Origin: Octopus vulgaris | Taxonomy: Eukaryota | DNA length: 64,000 bases | Direction of reading: 5' to 3' | NCBI GenBank assembly: GCA_951406725.2 | Contig: OX597830.1 | Span: 19,530,001 to 19,594,000, forward strand | Shown: in pieces, positions 26,755-39,437 of the stretch | Position numbering within the stretch: the first letter of the stretch is position 1 | How the letters are laid out: the number at the start of each line of letters is the position of its first letter | Notes under the pieces: generated by a model | What the model was told of the DNA's origin: nothing | Database searches by the model: none | Seen by the model: only the letters and a program-made list of their open reading frames with translations | Position numbers and translations under genes: made by a program

Positions 26755-27085
26755 ACAAGGTGGGATCAAAAGGTATCCGGACTAGTTATGTTTATTTAAA
26801 AATACCTTATTTACCTAAGTTTTAACGCCATCTTCTTCGACATATACACCATGCGCAGTGATACACCGGTCCTAGAGTTCCTGCCATTTTGGAGTCCGAC
26901 TTGGAAATTGTTTTCTGTAAGTGAGTCGAGGACCTTCTGCGATTCACTTTGGATTTCGACAACGGTGTTAGAACAGCGACCTTCGAGCAGCATTTTCATC
27001 TCGGAGAAGAGGTGGAAAACCACGGGTGTTAAATCTGGCGGTTAGAGCGGGAACGGAATCGATACAACGTTGTTTTTGGCGAGAA
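26755..27085 (-). mobile_element. Mariner 3' fragment
   Basis: FHLFSEMKMLLEGR...EIQSESQKVLDSLTENNFQ; TIR-like tacaaggtgggatcaaaaggtatccggact. Confidence 0.8.
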
Positions 27086-27101
27086 AAGCCTTGTGAGTGG
27101 A

Positions 27102-27366
27102 CTTATAAATAAATAATGATAAATGCGCCATTTTAAAGCCTAGCCAGGCTCATGGGCCCGGTTTCGCGGTTTCAATGGCGTACGTGTTCTCCAGCTGGAC
27201 GCCAGTCCATCGCAGCGTTACTCATTTTTGCCAGCTGAGTAGACTGGAGCAACGTGAAATGAAGTGGTTTGCTCAAGAACACAACATATCGCCCAGTCCT
27301 GGAATCGAAACCACACTCTTACGATCATGATGCTGACACCCTAACAACTAAGCCACGCGCCTCCAG
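27102..27366 (-). mobile_element. tRNA-derived SINE with a V-domain-like motif, nested in a family B SINE; relative at about 60100-60315
   Basis: TSD tgtgagtgga at 27092-27101 and 27367-27376; 'gccagtccatcgcag' motif. Confidence 0.75.
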
Positions 27367-30300
27367 TGTGAGTGGATTTGGTAGACGAAAACTTATAGAA
27401 ACCCATTGTGTGTGTGTGTGTGTGTATGTAAGAGAGAGAGAGAGAGAGAGACCACTGTTAGGAACCGGTGTTGATATGTTTACGTCCCCATAACATAGCA
27501 GTTCGATAAATAGAACGACAGAGAAAAGTACCAGGGTGAGAAAAAAAGAAGAAAAAAGACAAATAAATAAGTACTGAGATCGACAAATTCCACTAAAAAT
27601 TCAAGGTAATGCCCCTGCATGGCCGCAATCTAATGACTGAAACAAACAAAGGAGCCGTAAATCGGAAAGTGTGTACAGGTATGTCAGGTGTAGTGTTCAC
27701 AATTTCCAGGAAGCATGGATTTTTGGAAAGATGCATTGTCCTGGCCCAGGTAGTTTATTTCATGTTTCGACAATTCTGAGTGTGATAAAATGTTTGCGGG
27801 AGTCGAAGGTTCCTATGTAGTCTTTTTAATTTTATAAGAATGGTCAGTTAGTAGAGATTATTGAAATAAAAAAGAGAATCACCAAATTAGTTTTTGGAAA
27901 AATGGTGGATAATCTTGTAGGTTTCTTCCAAGTCAGCTGTTTGACGTCGAAGCTTTAGTGTGAGTGTCTGGTAACATTCTTCTATCCATATTCTTCTTCT
28001 CGTTAAAGTCAATCGTTTTCCAAACAACTAAATAAATTTCATAATATGCCAGCTTCGCATATTTTGCCAGCTTGTTAATAGGAATTATCTCCCCTAAGGC
28101 GGCGAGCTGGCAGAAACGTTAGCACGCCGGGCGAAATGCGTAGCCGTATTTCGTCTGCCGTTACGTTCTGAGTTCAAATTCCGCCGAGGTCGACTTTGCC
28201 TTTCATCCTTTCGGGGTCAATAAATAAAGTACCAGTTACGCACTGGGTCGATATAATCGACTTAATCCGTTTGTCTGTCCTTGTTTGTCCCCTCTGTGTT
28301 TAGCCCCTTGTGACTAGTAAAGAAATAGGTATTTTGTCTGCCGTTACGTTCAAAGTTCAAATTCCGCCGAGGTAGACTTTGCCTTTCATACTTTCGGGGT
28401 CAATAAATTAAGTACCAGTTACACACTGGAGTCGATGTAATCGACTTAACCCGTTTGTCTGTCCTTGTTTTTCCCCTCTGTGTTTAGCTTTCTGCTTAAT
28501 TTCACTCTACTTTTTTTTGTCGGAAACATTGACAAGTTTCAACTTCATAATAATATTTATGATAGCTTTTTATAAATTTTCATGAAGGACTTTTCGATTA
28601 TATTTACAAAAATATTTAGCTGGTACTTAATTTATCGAACACTGTGAGTTTGAAAACTAAAGTTATTTGGTTTTTCTTTAAAGCACCGAATTTATTTAAA
28701 GGGAGGTAATTAGGTATTTTGTCGCAAACACTTCCTTCACACGATGTGAAATCGTGAGTTGAAAGAGATATTGTTATATTTCGGGATAGGTAGTTTTTTT
28801 TATTGTTCTTGTTTTATGTCCATTGTTCGGAAAGGTGTGTGATGAAAGATTCCCAGACAATAGACATTAAATAAAAACAACAATAAACAAGTGAAGAACG
28901 AATATGTAGTGCTTGGGTTTCTTTGGCAAATAAATAAGTAAATAAATAAATAAATAAATGAATAAATAGATAATTAAATAAATAAATGACCATCCCGAAA
29001 TATAACAATTTCTTTAATAATTATTTTTTAAATCAGCAAAGATGAAAAGTAGTAAATGACGCTTACCACAGAAAAAACGAAAACGAAAACAAAACACTCG
29101 GAGTTATGTCCCTTACATACTCATCACGGTTTCTGATTTAGGCACAAGGCCAGCAATTTTGATGGAAAGGTAAGCAGGTGATACCCTCGAACTTAGTACT
29201 TGACTGGTGCTTTATTTTATTGGCTTCGGAGGAGTTAAAGGTGACTTCCGTAGGATTTGAACTTAGAACGTAAAGAGTTGGAACGAATACACAAGGCACT
29301 TTTTTTTTTTCAACGATCCAACGATTCTACCATCTTGCTACCTTTGGCTAAAGGTTAATGTTAGCTAAGGGCTAATTCTCACCTAAGCCCCAGATTTACC
29401 TTTACAATATATATTTCTGATGTCGAAAATATGAATAAACCTCATTAGTTAAGCATGGAAGTTAAATGTTATGGTCAGTCATAAAATAAAAACAACAATA
29501 AACAAGTTTTCTCTGAGAACTACGTTAAGGGTACGCATGTCTGTGGAGTACTCATCCACTTGCACGTGCAATTTCACGTGCAGCCTCTTCCATTGATTTG
29601 ATCAACTGGAACACTCACCGTCATAACCGATGGAGCAACGGTAAGCAAGCTGTGTCCCTGTGTGTCGTTGCTTTTCTGTTTATAGATTGCATTTTCAGAA
29701 CACGTGTTAGACATCTTTTTATCTATTTTCTTTTTTTTTTTATTGGTTTCCCTGATTAGACTGTGGCCATGCTGGGGCACTGCCTTGAAGAATTTTTAGT
29801 CGAATGTACCAACCACAGTACTTCTTTTTAAACCTGATACTTATTTTCTCAATTTCTTTTGCTGAACTGTTAAGTTATGGGAATATAAACACCAACAAAT
29901 TCAGACACAAAGACACACACACACACTTGACAACCAGTGTTGGTGTGTTTACATCCCTGTTACTCATTGGTTTGGCAAAAGTGACTGAAAGAATATGTAC
30001 GAGGCTTTAAAAAATAAGTAGTGGGGTTGAGTCATTCAACTAAAGTTTTTCGAGGCAGATCCCGAGCATGGCCGCAGTCTAATCTCTGAAACAAGTACAA
30101 GATAAAAGATAAAGAGATTACAATCCTTATTAACCCTTTGGCATTTAAACCGGTCATAGCCGGACATATCCAGACCAAATATCTTGTTTTATGCTCAAAC
30201 TAACCAGATCTGGCTTCTCACACCTGCCCAACAATGTCATTCCAAAAATAAGCAATCACATCATCAAAATCTCAAAGCTACAAGATAATTCATAATTAAT

Positions 30301-30400
30301 TCAAAATAATTTTAATGAATAAGAATTACGTTTGGCAGAAGAATCTGAATGCTAAAGTGTTAAATATTTTTGCTGCTAATCCCTTTTGTTTTCAATGAAA

Positions 30401-30700
30401 CATCATCATCATCATCATCGTTTAACGTCTGCTTTCCATGCTAGCATGAGTTGGACGATTTGACTGAGGTCTGGCGAACCAGATGGCTGCACCAGACTCC
30501 AATCTGATCTGGCAGAGTTTCTACAGCTTGATGCCCTTCCTAATGCCAACCACTCTGAGAGTGAGGTGGGTGCTTTTCTATGCCACCAGTACGAGGGCCA
30601 GTCAGGTGGTACTGGTAATGGCCACGCTCAAATGGTGCTTTTTATATGCCACCTGCACAGGAGCCAGTCCAAGCAGCACTGGCAATGACCTCGCTCAAAT
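30401..30700 (-). mobile_element. Retroposon with a (GAT)n tail; relative at about 11530-11700
   Basis: (cat)n-cgtttaacgtctgctttccatgct... terminus. Confidence 0.55.
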
Positions 30701-30745
30701 GAACCAAGATTAATTTTAAGAATTTACCCTTTATCTTCTTTTAAG

Positions 30746-30914
30746 GTTTTCATCCTTGTACCAATTGTAATGCTCATCATCTCCGTATATCTGGTGGTAG
30801 CACCAATTGTACAAAATCCCGATTTGGGTTTCCTCTACACCTTCCTTTTAATCATTGGAGGACTTATCTTCCATTTCATTTTTGTCCACTTCAAAGTCCA
30901 GTTGCCATGCATAG
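30746..30914 (+). CDS. Isolated penultimate-type exon of an SLC7A9-like transporter (VFILVPIVMLIISVYLVVAPIVQNPDLGFLYTFLLIIGGLIFHFIFVHFKVQLPCI)
   Basis: Matches the TM11-TM12 region of SLC7A9. Pyrimidine tract plus aag| acceptor and G|gtaagc donor. 169 nt, open, phase 0-1. Confidence 0.85.
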
Positions 30915-31644
30915 GTAAGCGTGCCTTTTTCTTTTTACCTATCTTTTCTCATTCTTTTATATCTTTCTGTCATTTGGCTGTGGCCATCCTGGGGCACCAC
31001 CTTGGAGGGTATTATAAGTCGAACGAATAAACTCCAGAACATTTTTTGAGTCTACGCTATCAGTCACTTTTGCCAAACTGCTAAGTTACATGGATGTAAA
31101 CACACCAAATATGGTTGACAAGCGGTGATAAGGGAACACACACATGCACATCTATAAATACATGTGTATGATGAGCTTCTTTCAGTTTTTGCTTACCAAA
31201 TCCACTCCACTCATATGGCTTTGTTTGACCCAAGGCAATAGTAAAAGGCACTTACCCAAGGTGCCATAAAGTGGGACTGAAACCAGAACCATGTGGTTTG
31301 GAAGCAAACTTCTTATTTCTCTACTGCCCACAAGGGGCTACGCACAGAGGGGACAAACAAGGACAGACAAACAGATGAAGTCGATTATATTGACCCCAGT
31401 GCATAGCTGGTACTTATTTAATTGACACTCAAAGGATGAAAAGCAAAGTTGACCTAGGTGGAATTTGAACTCAGAACATAGTGGCAGATGAAATACCGCT
31501 AAGCCTATACTTTCATAATAATTTATTTTTGTAACAGCTTAACCACAATTTTAGAATTCTTTTGTTTGAAGAATATAATGTGACCAGTTGAAGAAATCAA
31601 AGTATTGAAAATGTGAAAGAGTTGGTAAATCATAATAAACTGCA

Positions 31645-32144
31645 GAGGAATTCTGCTTTGAGCATTTCCCATAACCCCTCATAACTTTTTTGTATTTTCT
31701 GGAATTTTCAGAAAAATTTTGTAAATTTCTCTTCTACACACAGGAATTCATATGATTATGCAAAAAAGATGTTTAGGTACATAATTTAAGGTTTATTTAG
31801 CTGTTATTTTTAGCACATCTCACAGCCACCTCACACCCCCCTTGTTTGTTTGTCAATCTGACATATTGATGTTTTACAATATCTTTCTCCCTATGAACAC
31901 CTCTAAGAGGCTATTGCTTGGATTTAAGCCAAAAAATTTAGACCATCCTTATTCTAAATTGTGATTTTAAAAAAATATATTCCAAAAATTGAAAAAGAAA
32001 CTTTTTTTTTAATTTCAAAGAATTAGAGAAAAAAAAAAATTTTTAATTATTGTCTGAATACAAATTTACAAAGATTTCCTGAAAATTCCGAAAAATAAAG
32101 AAGTTATGAGGGTTTATATGGCATGCTTATAGCAGAATTCCACC
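31645..32144. mobile_element. MITE with ~85-bp imperfect TIRs and an 8-9-bp TSD
   Basis: ggaattctgct...gtaaattt is inverted at 32062-32141; taaactgca at 31636-31644 and 32145-32153. Confidence 0.8.
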
Positions 32145-32234
32145 TAAACTGCAATAGTAGAGAAATACACTGAAAGATTTGTCTAATTGGTAATAATTGG
32201 CAATGAATAAGTGTGAAAGATAATTATTCTACAT

Positions 32235-32643
32235 AGGAGTGGCTGTGTGGTAAGTAGTTTGCTTACCAACCACATGGTTCTAGGTTCAGTCCCGCTGCAT
32301 GGCACCTTGGGCAAGTGTCTTCTACTATAGCCTCGGGTCGACCAAAGCCTTGTGAGTGGATTTGGTAGACGGAAACTGAAAGAAGCCTGTCGTATATATG
32401 CATATATGTATCTATGTGTGTGTGTATATGTTTGTGTGTCTGTGTTTGTCCCCGAACATCGCTTGACAACCGATGCTGGTGTGTTTACGTCCCTGTAACT
32501 TAGCGGTTCAGCAAAAGAGACTGATAGAATAAGTACTAGGCTTACAAAGAATAAGTCCTGGGGTCGATTTGCTCGACTAAAGGTGATGCTTCAGCGTGGC
32601 TGCAGTCAAATGACTGAAACAAGTAAAAGAGAGTAAAAGAGAT
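32235..32643 (+). mobile_element. tRNA-derived SINE family B with an internal microsatellite. Other copies: ~24648+, 30950-, 35995-, 38797+, 39745+, 41040+, 48185-, 52580+, 54840+, 58935-, 60595-, 62527+, 63280+
   Basis: Recurrent 'ggagtggctgtgtggtaag...gggttcagtccc...ccttgggcaagtg...(TA/TG)n...gactgaaacaagtaaaagag'. Confidence 0.9.
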
Positions 32644-32799
32644 AACTGTAAACCTACTTTTTGGGCCACCTTGTATTTATTAATTTTATTTATTCATTCT
32701 AAGTTACTGTACTTTCGATTGTCAGAAATGATAGTAATCAGAAAAAAAGCCAAACTCACTATTTTAAATTAAGATTTTGTGCCTCTCCTCACCTATAGT

Positions 32800-33130
32800 C
32801 ACTGAATGGTGGGTAATGACCGCAAGAGTATAACTGCAAATACAAGTGGCCAAAATAAGGTCACAGCTTTGATACAATGGACACATGATTAGAATGTTGC
32901 AGGAAAGAATCATAAGACAGATTCTTCGAGCTGGGTCAAGAAGCAGGAGACCTGAGGGTAGAACAAGAATGAGATGATTAGATAATACCCATATTAACTC
33001 AGTTGGTCGTGCTTGTGAATCCGGTCAGAAACAGTAATGATGGTTGCTTCTGATAGGTCCCTATGGAGGAGGTACATGAGGACTCTCCCCCATGACTCTC
33101 CCAGGAATAGTAGGTGGAAAAGATGGATGG
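32800..33130 (+). mobile_element. RTE-clade LINE 3' relic
   Basis: YNGHMIRMLQERIIRQIL..SRRPEGRTRMR*LDN resembles the RTE C-terminal WxGHVxRM...RGRPRxRWxD motif. Confidence 0.65.
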
Positions 33131-33570
33131 TAACCCCAAGTGCCAATTACCATGTATATAAATATTCAGCTAAAACCATCTTTAAGGGCAACATATTTAG
33201 CAATAAAGTATATTTGTGGTATTTATTGTGTTTCTTCCTCCTCAATATTTCGAGTTGAAATCCTGCCAAGATAAACTTTGCTTTCATCCCTCCAGATCAA
33301 CAAAATAAAGTACCAGTCATGTACTGTGGTCGATAAGGGAATGAAGTTGAAAGATGGGCTCTTTTCATCTATGATGGAGAGAGTAAAGAGTAAAGAGTAT
33401 TTGGTCTGAAAGGGAAGGAACAATACAAAAAAACCCTCTGCCCTCTCCTTGGTCCTTGGGAACTGATAAGATGAGAACAGTTGTTGAACAGCTTGAACTT
33501 CTGCAGGTCTTCTATGATATTCTAGCAGGAAAACTATTGCCAGTGGTAGAAAAGGGGGTTTTGTGAGGAT

Positions 33571-33663
<93 letters not shown>

Positions 33664-34001
33664 TTATCTGCAATGACAATCAAGGGCAAGTTTAATCCTT
33701 TAGCATTCAGATTACTCTGAAAGGACCCAATTTGAACAAATCTGATTAATTGGCTTAAAATCAGCTCTGGTTGGGGGTGGGGAAGTGGTTGTGAGAGAGG
33801 GAGAGAGAGAGAGAGAAACAGACAGACAGAGACAGGGGAGATTGGGTATGTATGTGTGTGTGTGGGGGGGTGTCAGGTATTGTGAAGACTGTGAGGTAAA
33901 TAAAGAGAGTAAAATGAGACGCAACAGGTGGAGACATTGGTGGGGAAGATAGGGTGGGTGAATTAAGAGAAGCAAAAAGCTGTCCTGACAACGATAGAAG
34001 C

Positions 34002-34049
<48 letters not shown>

Positions 34050-34422
34050 GAGGAGGAGGAGGAGGAGGTGGAGGTGCTGAAAGAGTGGAGTCTCCCACTA
34101 TCATTATCATTATCACCATCATCATCATCATCATCAGTAAGTAGGTGGTTGCAGTGCATCTATGAAGAGAGGTTTGTCTACCAGTTACATGGCGTTTTTG
34201 GATGCTGTCCAATATATATATATATGTGTGTTTGTTATGTGTGTGTGTGTGTGTATGTGTGTATAGATGTGTGTGGGGGGGGATGCATGTGTTGGTGGGC
34301 GTGTGTGGGAAGCTGCACTATCTTAAATATGTGTTAGTATGCTAATGATGTGTGCAAAATTATGTTTTTGAATAAGTCCTATTCTTCAAGTGGAATAGAA
34401 ACACCCAAACAATTGCCTGGAA

Positions 34423-34640
34423 TAGTGCTTTTCAAACTCTTTGCTGGAGCGGACCCCAAGGAAACATTCCACTGGCTCGAGGAACCCCTGTGCAATAATT
34501 TAATAGTCTTATGCACACATATCTGCACAGGAGAATTAAAAATTACTGCCGATTTTAGCAGTTTTGTAACTTCTTGCGGTATCCCTGGACTGTACTGGCA
34601 GAACCCTAAGGTTCCGCGGAACCCTGGTTGGAAACCACTG
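34423..34640 (+). mobile_element. hAT (Charlie-like) MITE, copy 1
   Basis: Termini tagtgcttttcaa / ttggaaaccactg; perfect 8-bp TSD gcctggaa. Confidence 0.92.
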
Positions 34641-35177
34641 GCCTGGAAGATGCTTCGTTTCGTCAGTATTAAATGTTGACAATGTAAGCCCTTACGACTG
34701 ATTGTTGTAGTACTAAAAGCAGACCACCATGGCAGAATCTTGCTCTGGAGGGCCATGACGATTGATACTTGCTGGTGTAGATAGTGATCATTTGACTCTT
34801 ACCAATGAAGGTTACTACTCCTGGCCCCTGTTGGCAAAGAATCCCCTATCTCTCCTCCCCCTCCCTATTCTACTCCTCCTCCTCCTCTTCTCCTCCCCTC
34901 TGGCAATCCTTCTCCCCAACTCTCCCTTCCTTGCCCGTCTTCTTTCTCTTGTCATACGAATCTGATGCATGATGGAAAGTTATTAAGAGAGAAAAAGAGT
35001 AAGAGCTATTCATGCACACACACACACACATATGTTCACTGGCTGAGAAAGAGGAAGAAAGGGTGTGAAAGAGAACCAGAAGGAGAGAAAAACAGGGGAG
35101 ACACTTCACAATTCTGATTTCCTCCCTTCAATTATTTCCCCTTCTCCCATGGTTTTTAAAGATCACTTTACCTATGT

Positions 35178-35381
35178 CAGTGGTTTTTTTCAACCAGGGT
35201 TCCGCCAGTACAGTCTAGGGGTTCCGCAAGAAGTTACAAAACTGCTAAAATCGGCAGTAATTTTTAATTCTCCTGTGCAGATATGAGTGCATAAGACTAT
35301 TAAATTATTGCACAGGGGTTCCTCGAGCCAGTGGAATGTTTCCTTGGGGTTCCGCTCCAGCAAAAAGTTTGAAAAGCACTG
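35178..35381 (-). mobile_element. hAT (Charlie-like) MITE, copy 2, inverted relative to copy 1
   Basis: Reverse complement of copy 1 with a small deletion; perfect 8-bp TSD acctatgt. Confidence 0.92.
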
Positions 35382-35914
35382 ACCTATGTAACTGACATAA
35401 TTCAGTATATTTACTCTTGTTCTCTCCCTTTTTCTGGCACTCTCCTACATAAAGGTTCTCATACAAGGGTCCCACAACTTAATTTCATTGTGATTTCATT
35501 TCTTGAATACGCAACTATTTCATGCCATCACTTTACTTAACCATTGAAATTTAAGGAACTTATTCACAGGCACAAGCCAGTGGCAATGACAGGGTGAATC
35601 ACTAAACCTCTTGGATCTTTACCTTTTGACCGACAGATTTGAAAAATAATTTCTTGTAACTAAACACTTTCAAACTTCGGGCACTGGTAGAATGTATCAT
35701 ATAAAACGTATTTTACTCTCAGCATTTTCGAGAAAAACTTATATTTTCAAAGTAATTTCACCTAAAAGTTGTCGTATTTCAGTAATTTCAACCAATCAAT
35801 GCCGTGTATTCAGCTGAATAAAATTACTGCCGTTGTTTGTCAACAACAACTATCAGTGGTGTATTTTTCCTTTGTCACTGCTATATATGACATCGTTCGT
35901 GTGTTTGTACTGGT

Positions 35915-35978
35915 TTTAAGGTTTTAGAGTTAGGGTTTTAGGGTTAGGGTTTTAGAGTTAGGGTTAGGGTTAGGGTTA
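35915..35978 (+). repeat. Interstitial degenerate (TTAGGG)n
   Basis: ttagggttttagggttaggg...gggttagggttagggtta. Confidence 0.85.
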
Positions 35979-36177
35979 TCATATACTTAACCCTATATAC
36001 ATATATACGACGGGCTTCTTTTCAGTTTCCGTCTAACAAATCCACTCACAAGGCTTTGGTTGACCCAAGGCTATAGTAGAAGACTCTTGCCCAAGGTGCC
36101 ACGCAGTGGGACTGAACCCAGAACCATGTGGTTGGTAAGCAAGCTACTTACCACACATCCACTTCTGCACCTATTGT

Positions 36178-36720
36178 TTAGAATTTATTAATGCACATAG
36201 AACTTTGTAAATAAGCCCTTAGGTGTTTCTCTTTTGTTGAGTGAACAGGAGTTGTGAGAGTAGTTTTGTTACTTTTGGTATTATTGGGTTTCAACCTTTC
36301 AACAATATAAAGGTCAAAGGTACAAAGTCCAGTATTTAAGCACTTAGTAATTGGGTGTGTTAACTTAGTTTTCACCAAAGAATGTAGGTCGATGGTAAGT
36401 TTAGGCTGGTCATTTCTTTACTTTTTGTTGTTTAGGGTATTTCTTGTTTCCATTTGTAAAGTTGGAGTTAGGTGTGTCATGAGTTTGTTAGTATAGAAAA
36501 TTGTTTCTCTTGTAGGTTGATGTTCAAAAAAACATTTGAGAAGAGATTGCATGTTTATATGTCTATGTGTCCATTGTTCTATAAGAAATTTGACTGGTAT
36601 ATAGGAATTTTAAAATTCCTCTTTTCTAGAAGTAGAGTTTGTTCGGTAATTGCTTATAAAATATCTTCCAGTTCTGTCCTAGACGTGTTCTAAAGTGGGG
36701 CTGATATAGAAGGTGTGTAT
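36178..36720 (-). mobile_element. Possible Penelope-like GIY-YIG relic (second fragment at about 37290-37630)
   Basis: Heavily decayed 'YISPT..RTRLGQ' and Cys-rich segments; weak. Confidence 0.35.
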
Positions 36721-36785
36721 ATATTCATATATGAAAATGGGGACAAAAATAAAATAGAATAAAAAAAAACATTAAAAAAATGAAA

Positions 36786-37184
36786 TCTTTATATATAAAA
36801 GTGAGGTTGTGTGCCGTCTGTCTCCTACGATTTAGATTCCTAACTACTCCCACATTTTGCGGTGCAGTTTAACCAAAACCGGGTATCTTATAGTCGTGAT
36901 TTATATCGAGCCCTTCTGGGTATTAGCGCGCGTCTACGATGAGTCTACGATTTAAAAAAAAATTTACCATCAATTTTTCCCATTTTTAATGCATTTTTGG
37001 CATATATAAGGGAAGTAATTCTCTAAAAATTTATTATTAAATCTCAGAACGTAAAAAGCTACAGTAACACCCGCCCCCCTTTGTGGTTAGCCATATTGAG
37101 ATGGCTATTATACTTTACATCTCTAAAAATGCTTATATAGTTATTTCCCTTACAAACCCGAGCAACGCCGGGCGATACTGCTAG
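36786..37184 (+). mobile_element. Complete non-autonomous Helitron (399 bp)
   Basis: A|TC start; subterminal hairpin cccg-agcaacgc-cggg; CTAG|T end; no TSD. Confidence 0.9.
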
Positions 37185-38199
37185 TAAAATATAAAAATGA
37201 TAAAGGGAAGGGTTCTTTCAGTTTGCTTGCATACAAGAATATCTTTTATGTGTTTGTATTCAGGTTTGTGTAGTTATATTAGAAAATCTTGTGTGAGTAT
37301 TTTAGTTGGAGATGGAGAGACTTTTAGATGATTTCAAATGGCGCGTATTAATACCTGAGGGAAGGAGTAGATGGGAAGGAGCAGAAGGGTGAATGGTACA
37401 TGGTGACATATGCGAGGGGCACAGAGATTGAGGGGAAAGTGACGAGGGTGAGGATGTTAGTGGGAGTGGGGCTGTCAAGAGAACTTTGTCCTGGGAGTGC
37501 CAGGGCAATTGTGGTTGACAGCGGGAGCAGTGGGAGACTGGGAGAGTTGTTTGGAAGTAAGACGGACCCAACGGGAGTGCGCGTGGAGTTCGATGGTTTG
37601 CCGTCAATGATAGATTGCAAGGACTTGGTACCTTACTGAAATACAACAACTTTAAGGTAAAATTACTTCGTAAATATAAGTTTTTCTCGAAAATGCTAAG
37701 AGTAAAATGCTAAGAGTAAAACATGTTTTATATGACACATTCTACCAGTGTCCGAAGTTTGAAAATGTTTAGTTACAAAAAATTATTTTTTAAATATGTC
37801 GGTCAAAAGGCAAAGATCCAAGAGGTTTAGCGATTCACCATGTAGGGGAAGGAAGAGGAAGGGGAAGGAAGAAAAGAAAAAATAGAAGAGATGGGTAGGT
37901 GTTTGAAGTTCTAATGACTGTGAAGCAGATGTAAGAATGGAAGAGAAAGGAAAAAAGTGAGAGAGAGAGGAAGAGTGATATAGAAACGATGAACTAAAAC
38001 ATTTGGATGCTGCTGCTTGCGAGTGGGGAGCATACAGCCGTTTGGCATTCGTTGTTATAATTCATCCTCTATTCGTTTGTTCTGTGTTTTTTGTCCCCAC
38101 TGTGGTGTTGTATATATATACCCGTCATTTGGCATGGCAAGAGAGTAATTACCTTTCATGTTCTAGAACGTGGATGTACTGTGAAGAGCGAGCGGTACA

Positions 38200-38700
38200 T
38201 GTGAAATACAAAAATGCTAAGAGAAGTCATTTGGAGAAAGAAACCAAACAATTATCTGGAACTGCTTCATGTTCACCACAACTATGTGCTACCTCCAGGG
38301 CCGGCTCAAAGTACTGGCAATTTGGACAGTGACCCGGGGCGCCAAGGTGGGCGTGACAAAGACAAGGAAATTTCCACGACTGTCAGCTTGTACACGTCGA
38401 AGTTCAGCTTGCTCGGGGTGCCAGCAACCCTAGGGCCAGCCCTGGCTGCCACATACACCTGAGGCAACAAGTCAAGTAATCAACAAATTGGACAGGTTGC
38501 TGGTCTTCCAACTACCATACAACCGGAGTCTGATGCCTTCCGACTTCCACCTGTTCAGTTCAACGAAGGACTGTATTCGGGGACAACAACTTGATGACAC
38601 AGACGAAGTGAAAATGGCAGGCAAATAATGGCTTCAAGACAGAAGCGATGTGCTTCCATTAAGCTCATGACGAAGGACGGGTGCAGACTGTCCGATACCC
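38200..38700 (+). mobile_element. Old mariner relic interrupted by a hAT-like MITE (38296-38444)
   Basis: PHT...LPYNRSLMPSDFHLFS...DEVK. MITE termini cagggccggc / gccagccctg with imperfect 8-bp TSD gctacctc / gctgccac. Confidence 0.7.
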
Positions 38701-38956
38701 AAAGCAGGGTATAGGATATTTTACGGAGATAACATCATTGGCACGACTGTGTACATCTGAATATTTTTGAAAGAGTATTCGAGAATTTGGTTCGCGCAGG
38801 AGTGGCTGTATGGTAAGTAGCTTGCTTACCAACAACATTGTTCCGGGTTCAGTCCCACTGCGTGGCACCTTGGGCAAGTGTCTTCTACTATAGCCTCGGG
38901 CCGACCAAAGCCTTGTAAGTGGATTTGGTCGACGGAAACTGAAAGAAGCCCGTCAT

Positions 38957-39008
<52 letters not shown>

Positions 39009-39378
39009 GTATGTGTGCATATGTTTGTGTGTCTGTGTTTGTCCCATCAACATCGCTCAACAACCGATGCTGGAGTGTTTACGTCTCCGCAACTTCGCGG
39101 TTCGGCAAGAGAGACCGATAGAATAAGTACTAGGCTTCCAAAGAATAAGTCCTGGGGTCGATTTGCTCGACTAAAGGCGGTACCCTAGCATGGACGCACT
39201 CAAATGACTGAAACGAATAAAAGAGTAAAGAGTAATGGTGCAAATGCTTTTCTTGTGATGGAAATTTTGTATAGAGGAAGAGTTACTCTACCAACATGTG
39301 CAATTTGATTGACCTTTATTAATAAAACGATTATGTCATTTTTGCATTCCTTTCAAGACATTTTTGCATTCCTTTGCC

Positions 39379-39437
<59 letters not shown>

